A DNA stretch of 64,000 bases, from the NCBI RefSeq assembly GCF_902652985.1, contig NC_047030.1:6200001-6264000 (forward strand), read 5' to 3'. The notes below the pieces were generated by a model, which worked only from the letters and a program-made list of their open reading frames with translations, ran no database searches and was not told the origin of the DNA. This document shows, piece after piece, positions 1 to 15,000 of this stretch. The stretch is from Pecten maximus. Lineage: Eukaryota. The stretch's first letter is position 1. Every line of letters starts with the position of its first letter. Both the position numbers and the translations under genes were made by a program.

Positions 1-82
1 AGTTTCCAATTCAACAATGTCTTATTTGGGAACCCCTGTCCGGGAATATCTAAAGAGGGAGTTGCCAAGTGGTATTGCGGAA
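1..82 (+). CDS. Exon: C-terminal end of a SUEL/rhamnose-binding lectin domain
   Basis: SFQFNNVLFGNPCPGISKEGVAKWYCG matches the SUEL FGDPC..K...Y.C motif; donor GTAAG at 83. Confidence 0.75.
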
Positions 83-3000
83 GTAAGATGAAAAACATCT
101 GTCCATTCAATGTCTTTATGTTTATGTAATTGCATCTTTGTGTTATGACAAAATCCTAGAAATCGTGAAAATTTCAATATTTCTTACATCTATGAACGAA
201 ATGCATATCAAACGAACATCAGGTCTCATTAAACATGTTATGATATAAACAAAAATAAAAGTTTAAAAGTGTTTCACGATCCCGAACAAGTTTGTTCGGG
301 CCCGATATTCATATTCAGCTGTACCATTATTACGCACCGAACCCTATTTGCTATACTGGAACTCTGATAACTCGAATATTCGGCTTAAATGGGAGTATTG
401 ATTCAAATTCAACAGAAAAAAAAATATATATATAAAAGATACTCCGTTATTTCACATACTCCGGAAATCGGCCGTTTTTTTTCTTTCTTGGTCCATCTGA
501 TTCGATGTAACGAGTCTATATTGTATATAAAAGTCGAATTGCCTCATTCTCTACAGGGGACGGCGGATGGAGTGATTGGACCACGTGGACTTCCTGTCCT
601 GTGCTGTGCGGTGGAGGAGTGGTTTCAAGGACACGATCATGTGACAACCCCGCCAATGAGTATCCCGGAAGTTATTGTGATGGCTCGGACTACCAAACAC
701 AGTCATGCAATAGTCATACATGTCCAGGTAGGCTTCGATGTTATGACGAACTTCACTCTGACGTCATGTGTACGAGTAACCTCCATGTTAAGAGATATTA
801 TGTCAGGACAACCTTTTTCCTCCTTGTACATTTTCAAGAGTTTCCATACAAATATATGTACTTTGTGGCCGGTTAGAATTATGGTTTCGATATTACAGGT
901 ATATCGGTATTCTTCACAATTTTTGTAAAGTTAATATTTAATAGACGGATTATTTATCAACTTCACAATACTGCAAATGTACATATTTTAGTGATAATCT
1001 TATTTTATCGCTAATCTTATTGTGGTGGTAATTTATTTTAGTGGTAATCTTACTTTAGCGGTAACCTTAATTAAGAGGTAATCTCATTTTAGAGGTAATT
1101 TTGTTTTAGTGGTAATTTGTTTTAGTGGTAATTTTGTTTCAGTGGTAATTTGTTTTAGTGGTTATTTGTTTTAGTGGTTATTTGTTTCAGTGGTAATTTG
1201 TTTCAGTGGTAATTTGTTTTAGTGGTAATTTGTTTTAGTGGTTATTTGTTTCAGTGGTTATTTGTTTTAGTGGTAATTTGTTTTAGTGGTTATTTGTTTT
1301 AGTGATAATTTGTTTCAGTGGTTATTTGTTTTAGTGGTTATTTGTTTCAGTGGTTATTTGTTTCAGTGGTTATTTGTTTCAGTGGTTATTTGTTTTAGTG
1401 GTAATTTGTTTCAGTGGTAATTTGTTTTAGTGGTAAATTATCTTAGTACTGATGGAGCTAATTGAGAATTGCGCTAATTACACTTACTACTGTTATTATT
1501 GGAAAATGTGTGAAAAACAAGTGCGCCAAAAATAGTACATATATACAGTAATGTTATTGTATCTAAAATGTCCAGTTTTACAACAAGGGCTTTTGCAGTT
1601 CTGATGGATTTGATATATTTTCTCCGCTATAAGTGATTAGACAAAACAAATGGAACTGCAGTAAACAAAGTATTGATCAAATGTTGAACATTAGGGTTAG
1701 TAGACAGTAGGTACCTTCATCGAACATTTATTTGTTTTTTTTTGGGGTGTTTGTCTTGAGGAAGTAGATAAATCTAAAAATAAATAAATCATAATAACAA
1801 AACAAAACAAATACAAAAAGTATCATGAGAATACGCAAAATATCTAGCAAATGAATGTTTTACAATAGAAGGAAGAGTGAGGCTCGTGTCTTATCCAATG
1901 AATGTAATTTTAAAACAACAAAAATGTTGTGTCATAACATGCCACACACCATGTCCGTTATAAGCTATAAATAGTATCCGAATTGTGAGATATTTTGCGC
2001 GGTGAGTCCATACAGGGTGTGACCGGTATTATCTGATCAGACTATATCATCTGATCAGAATAAACTTGAACCTAAACAATCGCTGATAAACATGCCCTAT
2101 GTACTTACTGACTTCCCCGGCCGCGTGTGACGTCAGTGATACCTACATGCCATACCCTGTCCATACCCTGACAATATCACAAACACTGGATTGACGGTAA
2201 CACAATGTAAATCACCTGCCTGACGGGTAAGGGCATTACCCTGTAATCGTCACGTGGAATCTAACATATCTACTATCAGATAGCATACATGTTCTGATGG
2301 TCTTCTAAGTAAGAAAATAATCATATGACATCGGCTGTTTGGAAATCTGAAAAGAATGTCTATCCCGATAAATCAGATATACAAAGGAAAATACCAATAT
2401 CAACAACCATCCCATACCGTCTGCTGGTTTTGTCGACGATATATATGTTAAAGCATTCTTTTTTAAAAGAAAAAAAATTGATAAACAACTACGCGGTTCT
2501 ATCAGATTATAATATAATATTTTATCATGGATTACCATATCACAAATCATTTAATTAAAAATGACAGATATTCCAGACAGCAAAACAGAGCTGTAAATGT
2601 CACAATATTGTTTTTTTTTTATTTATCACCCAACACAGGTAAAAGAAAACACTGCTTATAGGAGTCCAATCACATACTGACAAAATATATCAATAAACTG
2701 GTACAAGTACAATATTTTTTGTTAAACGTGATGGTAATCCCATCGTCAGTAACCCACGATCTCTGTCCACGAGCGTCAGGGTTACCGACGACAGGGTTAC
2801 CGACGACAGGGTTATCGACGTCAGGGTTACCGACGTCAGGGTTAACGACGACAGGGTTACCGACGTCAGGGGTACCGACGTCAGGGTTACACGTCAGGGT
2901 TACCGACGTCAGGGTTACCGACGTCAGGGTTACAGACGCCAGGGTTACCGACGACAGGGTTACCGACGCCAGGGTTACCGACGACAGGGTTACCGACGTC

Positions 3001-6000
3001 AGGGTTACAGACGACAGGGTTACCGACGCCAGGGTTACCGACGACAGGGTTACCGACGTCAGGGTTACCGACGACAGGGTTACCGACGTCAGGGTTTTCG
3101 ACTACAGGGTTACCGACGACAGGGTTACCGACGACAGGGTTACCGACGTCAGGGTTACCGACGACAGGGTTACCGACGTCAGGGTTTTCGACTACAGGGA
3201 TACCGACGACAGGGTTACCGACGACAGGGTTACCAACGTCAGGGTTAACGACGACAGGGTTACCGACGTCAGGGTTACCGCCGACAGGGTTACCGACGTC
3301 AGGGTTACCGACGTCAGGGATACCGACGTCAGGGTTACCGACGAGGGTTATCGACGTCAGGGTTACCGACGACAGGGTTACCGACGTCAGGGTTACCGAC
3401 GACAGGGTTACCGACGGCAGGGTTACCGACGTCAGGGTTTTCGACTACAGGGATACCGACGACAGGGTTACCGACGACAGGGTTATCAAGGTCGGACATA
3501 GTTCGTATGTTTTAAATTTCGCACAGCCTAACCTTATTAGTATATATTCTGCAGTAAACACGTCTATACATTTAATATATATATATTTATTTTCGTGTTA
3601 TATCTAATGGCCGAGTTGTTTTCCAAACAACACAGTAATAAATACATTACATATCACACACTTCAGCAAAACCTCTGATGTAGTGTACGAGATATTTACA
3701 GGAACTAGGAAACATCAAAGTTATAATAAGGCCTTTTGGAAGCGGAAAACCACCGACAACGAATGTGTAGGGAATCCATCAAATCATTATGTTTGTTAGC
3801 AGCTTATGAGACAAATATTACTGACTTAAATGGCTAATCGTCTAGATATCTATCTATCCTAGCCGTGTTAAGGGCTTTAAAAGTAAAGCTTTGTTTATCC
3901 GCTGGATCAATAAAAAGCGGTGTGTAGGGGACATTTGTGTTCTGTATTTAGATATATCCAATTTTGATGTTATCAATAAAATTTAATGTTTTGTAACATA
4001 TCAAACAGTTAATATCGTAGTATTTTTTGGTTTGTTGGGTATACTATATAAAAAAATTCATATTGTAATAATTGTATCATCATTTTGTTTCATTTTATTT
4101 GACAGAAAATGCACAACTCGTTAATCCTAGAGGACGTAAGTATAGTACCATTATTATCATAACGATTGTTTTTTTCATGAAATTGTGTGATGATAGCCTT
4201 CTCCTCCAGATGTAAAAATCTTTTATAATTAAGTAATTACGCTTTTCCCGATTTTCGTACAGGTTTAATTTGGACTATATTCTGCATGCTATGTCGTAAC
4301 TATAGCTACTGTTTTCTAGCTTGGAGACTGGTTTTCAAAGCACCAAGTGGAGTCGTCCCCGCCGGACACACAGATGTGGCTGGTTTTCTGAGGGACACTG
4401 GATCTTACAATGAGGACGTCGTGTCGGTGATGCGGGACTTTTCTGCAGGAGGATCTCTGTATAAGTCATCCATTCTGGACGACTGGGCTACAAAACATAG
4501 CATATCAGCGGTAAAGATAGTAATTTATCATCTAGGTTGTTATCCAAAAGAATAAGTACACATGTAATTAAGTTTGTCAGTTATATACTGTAGCATATCG
4601 ATTCATTCCGGACATCACTTTCTTCATTTGCACACGATTTTAGTCTGAGGCGATCCTAGAGGGTTTAAAGAGCAACATGATGCAGTACATCTATTATCCA
4701 GTATACTGGAGCTAATAGCTGTCCGCTTGGGCCTTTTGTGCACTTTAATGATAGACCTTTCTTCATGAATGATAATATCAGGCACACCAGTGTCTCGGTT
4801 TCTATGTTGATTTGATTTAACTTTATCACCATTTCTATTTTCAAGGTTCGATTGTCAGTGTACAAAGATGGACGGGAAGTGGCTTACGTAGTGTTCGACA
4901 CAGTGGGCGTGACCAGTAAAACAGGATGGATGGATTGTTCTCGTATTCTAGACTCAAGCTGGACAGACCTACAGGCGAGCAGCCCAAACCTATGTGGCAT
5001 CGAGTATGTTTAACATTTACTATAGTTTATATATACGGCGACCTGACGCTACCCACATGTGGTACCGGAAACGCTTCTAGATCACGTAGTCAATAGTTCG
5101 TAGAATTTGTGAGTTTTCCCTTTTTCGTTGATGTCTCATCAATTTATATTACATTTCCTTTGTTTTTGGTCTCTCTCCAGGTTGTTTCGGTTGCTGTGGT
5201 TTTCACGTTAGATTTATTTAACTATGCAATAATATATAATGTATATGTTTTAACTTTATGGTACCATTCTGTTCTAATCCAACATCAGATAATATGTTCT
5301 ATGTTTACAGTGATACTGGTGACGCTAAACGGAATTTCTTTATCAATAACATTTATGGTGGTTGCCAAGGTGATGCGGGATGGTTAATGTTGAAGGACGT
5401 GGGTGCTAGTGGTGGCTGCGATGAATGGGACACTAACCAAGGGTCATTGCCCTATATACTATACTCTACTGACCTCACTTACGTCACGTGGCACAATGGT
5501 TTGTAAAGTTGTTTTTAATAATTATCATTGACATGTAATATATCATAGAAATCAACTAACAATATATTTTATATTAGAGTGCTCTACAATACAGATTATA
5601 ATGGTTTGTTAAGATATGATAATATATAGTTGTTAATATTTGTGAGGAATTCATTTTTGATGTATTCACGGTCATGAAACATAACGTGAGATAAAATGTT
5701 CCGCTAATAGGAATTGAAATATCCGTGAAGGTTTATTACATATAACAAGCATAACGACTGAAAATGGAAAATCTTTACTAATGAACTTATAAAATGTAAC
5801 CCCAAGAAGCAACTGAGTCTGATGGTTCAATTATTCACATACGCATACAGGTTGTGCTAGGTACAGCGCAGTATCGATAATTTCTATCACCCGTTGATGA
5901 CATAATAGAGCTGGCATTGATACGTATATCTGTTTTCCAGGTAATAAAGGATACGGCGATGCTTTAGCTATTTCTGTAATGGGTACGTATTTTCTCTATA

Positions 6001-9000
6001 AAATCATTAATTTTGTAAACGTGTCTTTCCATCATTGATTTTAAAGAGTAAAATTTTTAATTTTAATAAGATATTTATGTATGTTTAGAGGATATTTTCA
6101 CCTCCATTGTAGTTGGTACGTTCATATATTTTGCTCTTGTTTACCAGACTGGCATATGGTATTCAAGGGAATTAGTGGTGCGCCTCCTTCAGTGGGATCT
6201 CTACAGGACCTGTGGGAAGGCAGTGACACCGAGCGAGATAACGATACATCAGTACGGACGGTCACCAAGGTTCCAGGACAGACATATAAATCGGGCCTGA
6301 TTGAGGAATGGACGAATACATTCATGATTGTTGATATGGTAAAGTTTTATCCTCTATCTTCAGACATATAAATCGGGATTGATTGAGGAATGGACGAATA
6401 CATTCATGATTTTTGATATGGTAAAGTTTTATCCTCTATCTACAGACATAAAAACACCAATTAACGACCTTCTGTATCACATTGCAATTATTCTTCACGG
6501 AGGCATGGTGGTTTAGTGGTAGGACGCTGGACAGAATGACCGAAGGGTCGCTAGATCGAGTCCTGGCATTGACACAGTGTTGTATCCTTGAATGAGATAC
6601 TTAACTCCTTTGTGTACCAGTCGACTTAGCTATAAAAGAGTACGTGATTGGGCAGTGACAGAAATGTCGTATGTTATATATGTTGGCATTGAAATGGCAG
6701 CTCCGGCTGTATGCTCTCCAGGAAAGTGAAAAAGACATTGGTTGGTTCCTAAAACACAACCAACAAAGGATCATAATTTGTGAACTACTTTGAGACATCT
6801 ATATTGCTGTGATGTATTTAAAGATCTTCAAATTATTGATTATTACTGTTTTTGTTATATCTCTCCAGAGGGAGCTAATGTCGGTCCTGCTAAGGATTCG
6901 GGGTTCTGTGAACCATTTTACTAAAGTAATTTCGGGATTTTCTTTTCTTCCTTTCCTTTCTTCCTTTCTTCTCTTCATACTGTGTCCTTTTTGGCATGGT
7001 GTCTCTCTTAACATCCGTCCTTAAATGGTTCGGACTTTTACGAAGGCATTACTTTCTAGAAAATAAGGAGGAGACAACTTCGGTCATATCTGTACCAGAA
7101 AACATCCATACTCTAAGCTGAGCGAATGGGTCTTATATTAGACAGTGGGAAATGATATTCAAATCAGACCATGCATAGTGGTAACTGCAGATTAGGGTAT
7201 GGTAGACCAACTCCTCTCGGGAATAAACCACCTCTTATCATATTGCAAGATAGGAATTGCCTGATAAACGGAATGCTACATAGAAATATAAATGTTGATA
7301 TATGGATTATTTGCAGGTAAAATATTCCTTCTATACCAATGCCGAGGAAGTCTCGTGGATGGTGTTCAACGGCAAAGACACAGACAAATCATCATGGCTG
7401 TCTAGCTCAAACATACTCTATTCTCATTACACCGATATTTCCACGACAGTCAAGTCAACCTGTTCCATTCCTGGGTTTGTTTCACTTTTATTATACAGTA
7501 TCATCACCATACGAGATAAATGAGGTGAATACAGAGGTGAAAATCGTACATCGAGATGGCAAATTAACTAATCACTCAATCTAATTAAAATTAGCCTTGT
7601 AATTTCCGCTCCTCTACGATACATTGCAATACGAGTATTGTATTGAAGTGTATCGCAGTGGAGTGGTAATAGCAAGTCTAATTTTCATAAGTTTGATACG
7701 ATTAACTTAAATCTCTTATCTAGATTTCTCTCTCATGACTTAACAGCTGTATGGTTTAGGCGAATATATGTTTAGTTCTCTTGAATCGTATTCTCAATTC
7801 GTATTCAAATGAGCCAATGTCGTGTGTGTTTTGTACAATCCAATCACATATTCTTTATATGATACTTTCATTACAAGCATTTCCATGGCTTTACTTATAA
7901 CAGAGATGGAATAAACACATTTGCTGTTGTCAATGACGACAGCAGTTGTCCCAACTTCCGGTCTTGGATGATGGTCGTGGACAGTCCAGGAAGTTCACCA
8001 ATGTGTACATTTGACAATACTGGAAGATCGAAGCCTTACTTCTTATATAGCGCGTCAACCAACGCTGGCCTGGTTGAGTCAGGTAAGGCGGTCTTAATAT
8101 ATCAATAATCGGAATTCAGAAAAAAAGACAATTTTGCACTCTAAATGTTTGGTCTTCCATTTTGTTTTAATAAAAAGTTAATTATTGATTCTTTCCACCC
8201 CGGTGAAATTCTTTCTTGCTCTGCTTTTTACGTAACACTCGGTTTCTAAGTGATTATTTCTATGAAGTTATTATTTTAATTTAATTGTGTACAAGATGTA
8301 TTCATATACATCGGGTACCACTTTATACATTTCGTGGTATGAAGTTGATACGCTGTCGGTGATATATATCTTAGATATAATTACCAAGTTACAAGTATCG
8401 TTTTAGTTGTGTCATAAAATGTCATAGTGAAGTTGAATTGTTATTCGTTACTTGAAACATCGAATAACTTTATATTATTACTTTGTTTCATAAAATAGGG
8501 AATAGATAGGTATATTCGTCTCTTTTTTTAATTTAAGGAAATCTTCATCTAACAGGAATGTGTTTATCCATTCAATACCATACATTTATGGTATCTTTTC
8601 ATTGCATGACATTTCTAGTGTATCAACTCTTGCAGGTGGAAACTGGGACAGTGTTGGATTTCCTTCAGCTGATGTACTAGGGGTGTTTGTGATTGGCTGG
8701 TTTCCTGTTATGAAAGTGTCACGTGGTCAATCAGTTTACCCTGCATTAGGAATATATGACCTTTGGACAAAGAGTTACATACTTAATGAGTTTGATAAGG
8801 ATGCGTTGTCTTTCCAATATGGTACCAAGTCGTACAAATCTAGTGTTGTGGATTCATGGAACAATTACTATATTAATTCGGTAAGTTCAAAGATTTGCCC
8901 TCCATTTATAGAATAGTAATTTCATTAGAGATGAATGAAGTTGGACATATGCCTCCATTAATAGACAAATGAGGTCGTTTCAATGCTGCTACATCAATAA

Positions 9001-12000
9001 TTATGGTTGATTAAATACATAGAAACATTTGTATTGCTGGATAGGCCGTGATTCATCAGTTTAAAATCAAAATATCAAAACATGCCATAAATATGTTGCG
9101 TCTTCGACAAAGAGTAAGGCTCGACTGTAAACAAGAATAGGTTTCTTTACAATTTAAAACAATATCAAAATTGAGATACTTTACGCTAAAAGCACCTTCC
9201 AAAAATTTGAGTTTCCATTTTATTCTAATTTTTAAGTGATTAAGTAATTAATTTCATTTCTTACCCCGCCTCTACACAGGTATGTGACATTTGGTCCAAA
9301 AAACGACTAGGTTTAAGACGCTGATATCATTAGCTGGGTCCAATCGTTTGTGTCATATACCGCGTGTGCCATTATTAATTAATTAATCAATTTATTTATT
9401 TATTTATTTACTTACCTATCTATTTATACATTTTTTGACATTTCTTTTTAATTATCTTTTTGTAGGTGAGAGTTTCCTTTTATGTGTCCGGAGTAGAACA
9501 GGCCTACGTTGTGTTTGATGCACACGGATCCGACAAGATCAGCTGGTTTGATTGTGACCGGATCCTTTATACATCATACAAAGACCTTAATAGGGACACC
9601 TCGACGGTCTACTGCAGTATACCAGGGTATGACACTCATATATCAGTAAACATCCATATAACATTAATCACTAGATTGTAGTAACTGTGTCACACACGAA
9701 CCTTACCACATGTGTCATAGTTTTTAATATTGACTACTTATACCAACAATGTAGAGAGCGCTGTTATCAAATCACACGATTTGGTATAAAATGCCATAGT
9801 TGAAAAACATGAAAATTAAAATGAATTAAATAAATAATTGCGGTTCAAATATAAGATTATTTTATTGACTGTAATATGATGCTTAAAGGAGGCTGCAACT
9901 GACTCCTCTAGGTTATGAAACACTAACTTTTAGGGTCAAGAACAAAATAATGTATTTCCCTCGACAAAAACGGTAGGGCTTTAGGGTTGAGGGGCAACGG
10001 GATCAGTCCCAACCAACAAGATTTATACATTTAATCAGTTGTCCCAAAGTTTCTAATATGCATGAACATTATATTTCTATATGTATTCGTTTTCAAAATT
10101 TATTGCTCTCTCAATAGACAAAACACACTACAACGCTACTTCTTTCTGGAGTACGAGGAGAATAATGGCTGTATGGCAGATTCGGGTTGGTTTGGAGTAA
10201 TGGAGTCAGGGTCGGGATGTCATTGGGAGCAGAGACTGGCTACACCTTACGCCATTTACTCCGACAACAACAACGGGTTCGAAATAAACACGAGTAAGTA
10301 TCATTGTGTCTGTGCAGAATTAATAGCGGAGTCATCAATGATTAATTACCATATCTGAAATTGATGGGAATATACATGAATGATATATTATGTGAAACAG
10401 GAAATTCTTCGTCTCGGCCGAATCATATATGTTTTACTTTGATTTTTCTTTCGTACTGTTTGAGTTCTGATGTTTTGTCATTTTTTTTACGTTTGGTATC
10501 ACATTTGTTCTCTTTGAGTCTTGGACCCCCAGTTTTTCAAATGGTGATTAGGCTAGTCATAGTTTATGTGTTAAGCAACAATTCTAAAGTTCTGATAAAA
10601 TTATTTCTGGTAAAACTAGCCTGACATACTTTTATGAAACTATAGATCTCCTCAGCCTCTTCCTACCTGCCATTTTAAGAAATATACACACCCAGGTTTT
10701 GAAGTAAAGGAAAAATAAGATTTTCACTTACCAAGTAATTTAGCTAATAATCTTTTGAACAACTGGGCCCTGATGCATTGTCAATGTGTTACGTTTGGAA
10801 TCTCATTCGTACTGGAAGCGGTCTAGTGTATTGCCAATGTATATACGGTCCTGGTGTATTGTCAATGTATATAAGGTCCTGGTGTATTGCCGATGTATAT
10901 AAGGTCCTTGTGTATTGCCAATGTATATAAGGTCCTGGTGTATTGCCGATGTATATACGGTCCTGGTGTATTGCCAATGTATATAAGGTTCTGGTGTATT
11001 GCCGATGTATATAAGGTCCTGCTGTATTGCCAATGTATATACGGTACTAGTGTATTGCCAATGTATATAAGGTCCTAGTGTATTGCCGATGTTTATACGG
11101 TCCTGGTGTATTGCCAATGTATATAAGGTCCTGGTGTATTGCCGATGTATATAAGGTCCTGGTGTATTGCCAGTGTATATACGGTCCTAGTGTATTGCCA
11201 ATGTATATAATATCCTGGTGTATTGCCAATGTATATAAGGTCCTGATGTATTGCCAATGTATATAAGGTCCTGGTGTATTGCCAATGTATATAAGGTCCT
11301 GGTGTATTGCCAATGTATATAAGGTCCTGGTGTATTGCCGATGTATATACGGTCCTGGTGTATTGCCAATGTATATAATATCCTGGTGTATTGCCAATGT
11401 ATTTATGGCCCTGGTGTATTGCCAAAGTATATACGGTCCTGGTGTATTGCCAATGTATATACGGTCCTGGTGTATTGCCAATGTATATAATATCCTGGTG
11501 TATTGCCAGTGTATATAAGGTCATGGTGTATTGCCAGTGTATATAAGGTCCTGGTGTATTGCCGATGTATATACGGTCCTGGTGTATTGCCAGTGTATAT
11601 AAGGTCCTGGTGTATTGCAGATGTATATACGGTCCTGGTGTATTGCCGATGTATATACGGTCCTGGTGTATTGCCGATGTATATAAGGTCCTGGTGTATT
11701 GCCGATGTATATAATATCCTGGTGTTTTGCCGATGTATATAAAATCCTGGTGTATTGCCAATGTATATAATATCCTGGTGTTTTGCCGATGTATATACGG
11801 TCCTGGTGTATTGCCAATGTATATACGGTCCTGGTGTATTGCCAATATATATAAGGTCCTGGTGTATTGCCAGTGTATATACGGTCCTGGTGTATTGCCA
11901 ATGTATATACGGTCCTGGTGTATTGCCAATGAATATACGGTCCTGGTGTATTGCCAATGTATATACGGTCCTGGTGTATTGCCGATGTATCTAAGGTCCT

Positions 12001-15000
12001 TGTGTATTGCCAATGTATATAATAATCCTGGTGTATTGCCAGTGTATATAAGGTCCTGGTGTATTGCCAGTGTATATAAGGTCCTGGTGTATTGCCAATG
12101 TATAATATGGCCCTGGTGTATTGCCAGTGTATATAAGGTCCTGGTGTATTGCCAGTGTATATAAGGTCCTGGTGTATTGCCGATGTATATACGGTCCTGG
12201 TGTATTGCCAATGTATATAAGGTCCTGGTGTATTGCAGATGTATATACGGTCCTGGTGTATTGCCGATGTATATACGGTCCTGGTGTATTGCCGATGTAT
12301 ATAAGGTCCTGGTGTATTGCCGATGTATATAATATCCTGGTGTTTTGCCGATGTATATAATATCCTGGTGTATTGCCAATATATATAATATCCTGGTGTT
12401 TTGCCAATGTATATACGGTCCTGGTGTATTGCCAATGTATATACGGTCCTGGTGTATTGCCAATGTATATACGGTCCTGGTGTATTGCCAATGTATATAC
12501 GGTCCCGGTGTATTGCCGATGTATATAAGGTCCTGGTGTATTGCCAATGTATATACGGTCCTGGTGTATTGCCGATGTATATAATATCCTGGTGTATTGC
12601 CGATGTATCTAAGGTCCTGGTGTATTGCCGATGTATATACGGTCCTGGTGTATTGCCGATGTATATAAGGTCCTGGTGTATTGCCGATGTATATAATATC
12701 CTGGTGTTTTGCCGATGTATATAAAATCCTGGTGTATTGCCAATGTATATAATATCCTGGTGTTTTGCCGATGTATATACGGTCCTGGTGTATTGCCAAT
12801 GTATATACGGTCCTGGTGTATTGCCAATATATATAAGGTCCTGGTGTATTGCCAGTGTATATACGGTCCTGGTGTATTGCCAATGTATATACGGTCCTGG
12901 TGTATTGCCAATGTATATACGGTCATGGTGTATTGCCGATGTATCTAAAGTCCTTGTGTATTGCCAATGTATATAATAATCCTGGTGTATTGCCAGTGTA
13001 TATAAGGTCCTGGTGTATTGCCAGTGTATATAAGGTCCTGGTGTATTGCCAGTGTATATAAGGTCCTGGTGTATTGCCAGTGTATATAAGGTCCTGGTGT
13101 ATTGCCAATGTATATAAGGTCCTGGTGTATTGCCAGTGTATATAAGGTCCTGGTGTATTGCCGATGTATATACGGTCCTGGTGTATTGCCAATGTATATA
13201 AGGTCCTGGTGTATTGCAGATGTATATACGGTCCTGGTGTATTGCCGATGTATATACGGTCCTGGTGTATTGCCGATGTATATAAGGTCCTGGTGTATTG
13301 CCGATGTATATAATATCCTGGTGTTTTGCCGATGTATATAATATCCTGGTGTATTGCCAATATATATAATATCCTGGTGTGTTGCCAATGTATATACGGT
13401 CCTGGTGTATTGCCAATGTATATACGGTCCTGGTGTATTGCCAATGTATATACGGTCCCGGTGTATTGCCGATGTATATAAGGTCCTGGTGTATTGCCAA
13501 TGTATATACGGTCCTGGTGTATTGCCGATGTATATAATATCCTGGTGTATTGCCGATGTATCTAAGGTCCTTGTGTATTGCCAATGTATATAATAATCCT
13601 GGTGTTTTGACGATGAATATAATATCCTGGTGTATTGCCAATATATATAATATCCTGGTGTATTGCAAATATATATACGGTCCTTGTGTATTGCCAGTGT
13701 ATATACGGTCCTGGTGTATTGCCAGTGTATATACGGTCCTGGTGTATTGCCAGTGTATATACGGTCCTGGTGTATTGCCAATGTATATGAGGTCCTGGTG
13801 TATTGCCAATGTATATACGGTCTTGATGTATTGCCGATGTATATAATATCCTGGTGTATTGCCGATGTATCTAAGGTCCTTGTGTATTGCCAGTGTATAT
13901 ACGGTCCTGGTGTATTGCCAGTGTATATACGGTCTTGGTGTATTGCCAATGTATATAATATCATGGTGTTTTGACGATGTATATAATATCCTGGTGTATT
14001 GCCAATGTGTATAAGGTCCTGGTGTATTGCCAATGTATATGAGGTCCTGGTGTATTGCCAATGTATATACGGTCCTGGTGTATTGCCAATGTATATAAGG
14101 TCCTGGTGTATTGCCAGTGTATATAAGGTCCTGGTGTATTGCCAGTGTATATACGGTCCCGGTGTATTGCCAATGTATATACGGTCCTGGTGTATTGCCG
14201 ATGTATATACGGTCCTGGTGTATTGCCAATGTATATAAGGTCCTGGTGTATTGCCAATGTATATACGGTCCTGGTGTATTGCCAATGTATATAAGGTCCT
14301 GGTGTATTGCCAATGTTTATACGGTCCTGGTGTATTGCCGATGTATATAAGGTCCTGGTGTATTGCCAGTGTATATAAGGTCCTGGTGTATTGCCAATGT
14401 ATAATATGGCCCTGGTGTATTGCCAGTGTATATAAGGTCCTGGTGTATTGCCAGTGTATATACGGTCCTGGTGTATTGCCAGTGTATATAAGGTCCTGGT
14501 GTATTGCCAGTGTATATAAGGTCCTGGTGTATTGCCAGTGTATATACGGTCCCGGTGTATTGCCAATGTATATACGGTCCTGGTGTATTGCCGATGTATA
14601 TACGGTCCTGGTGTATTGCCAATGTATATAAGGTCCTGGTGTATTGCCAATGTATATACGGTCCTGGTGTATTGCCAATGTATATAAGGTCCTGGTGTAT
14701 TGCCAATGTTTATACGGTCCTGGTGTATTGCCGATGTATATAAGGTCCTGGTGTATTGCCAATGTATATACGGTCCTGGTGTATTGCCAATGTATAATAT
14801 GGCCCTGGTGTATTGCCAGTGTATATAAGGTCCTGGTGTATTGCCAGTGTATATACGGTCCTGGTGTATTGCCAGTGTATATAAGGTCCTTGGTGTATTG
14901 CCAATGTATATAAGGTCCTGGTGTTTTGACAATGTATATGATTTAATGTGTCCTCTGTTCGAATGGGTCCTACTGTATTGCTGATAGGTTATTTGTTCAT

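Noticed and set aside
2719-3501. 260-aa ORF with GLPTT/VTDVR/QGYRR repeats
   Set aside because: Three frames of one 15-bp minisatellite; non-ATG start and no splice support.
10819-14938. CRISPR-like array (28-bp repeat)
   Set aside because: Units are head-to-tail with no unique spacers, there are no cas genes, and the context is a eukaryotic intron.
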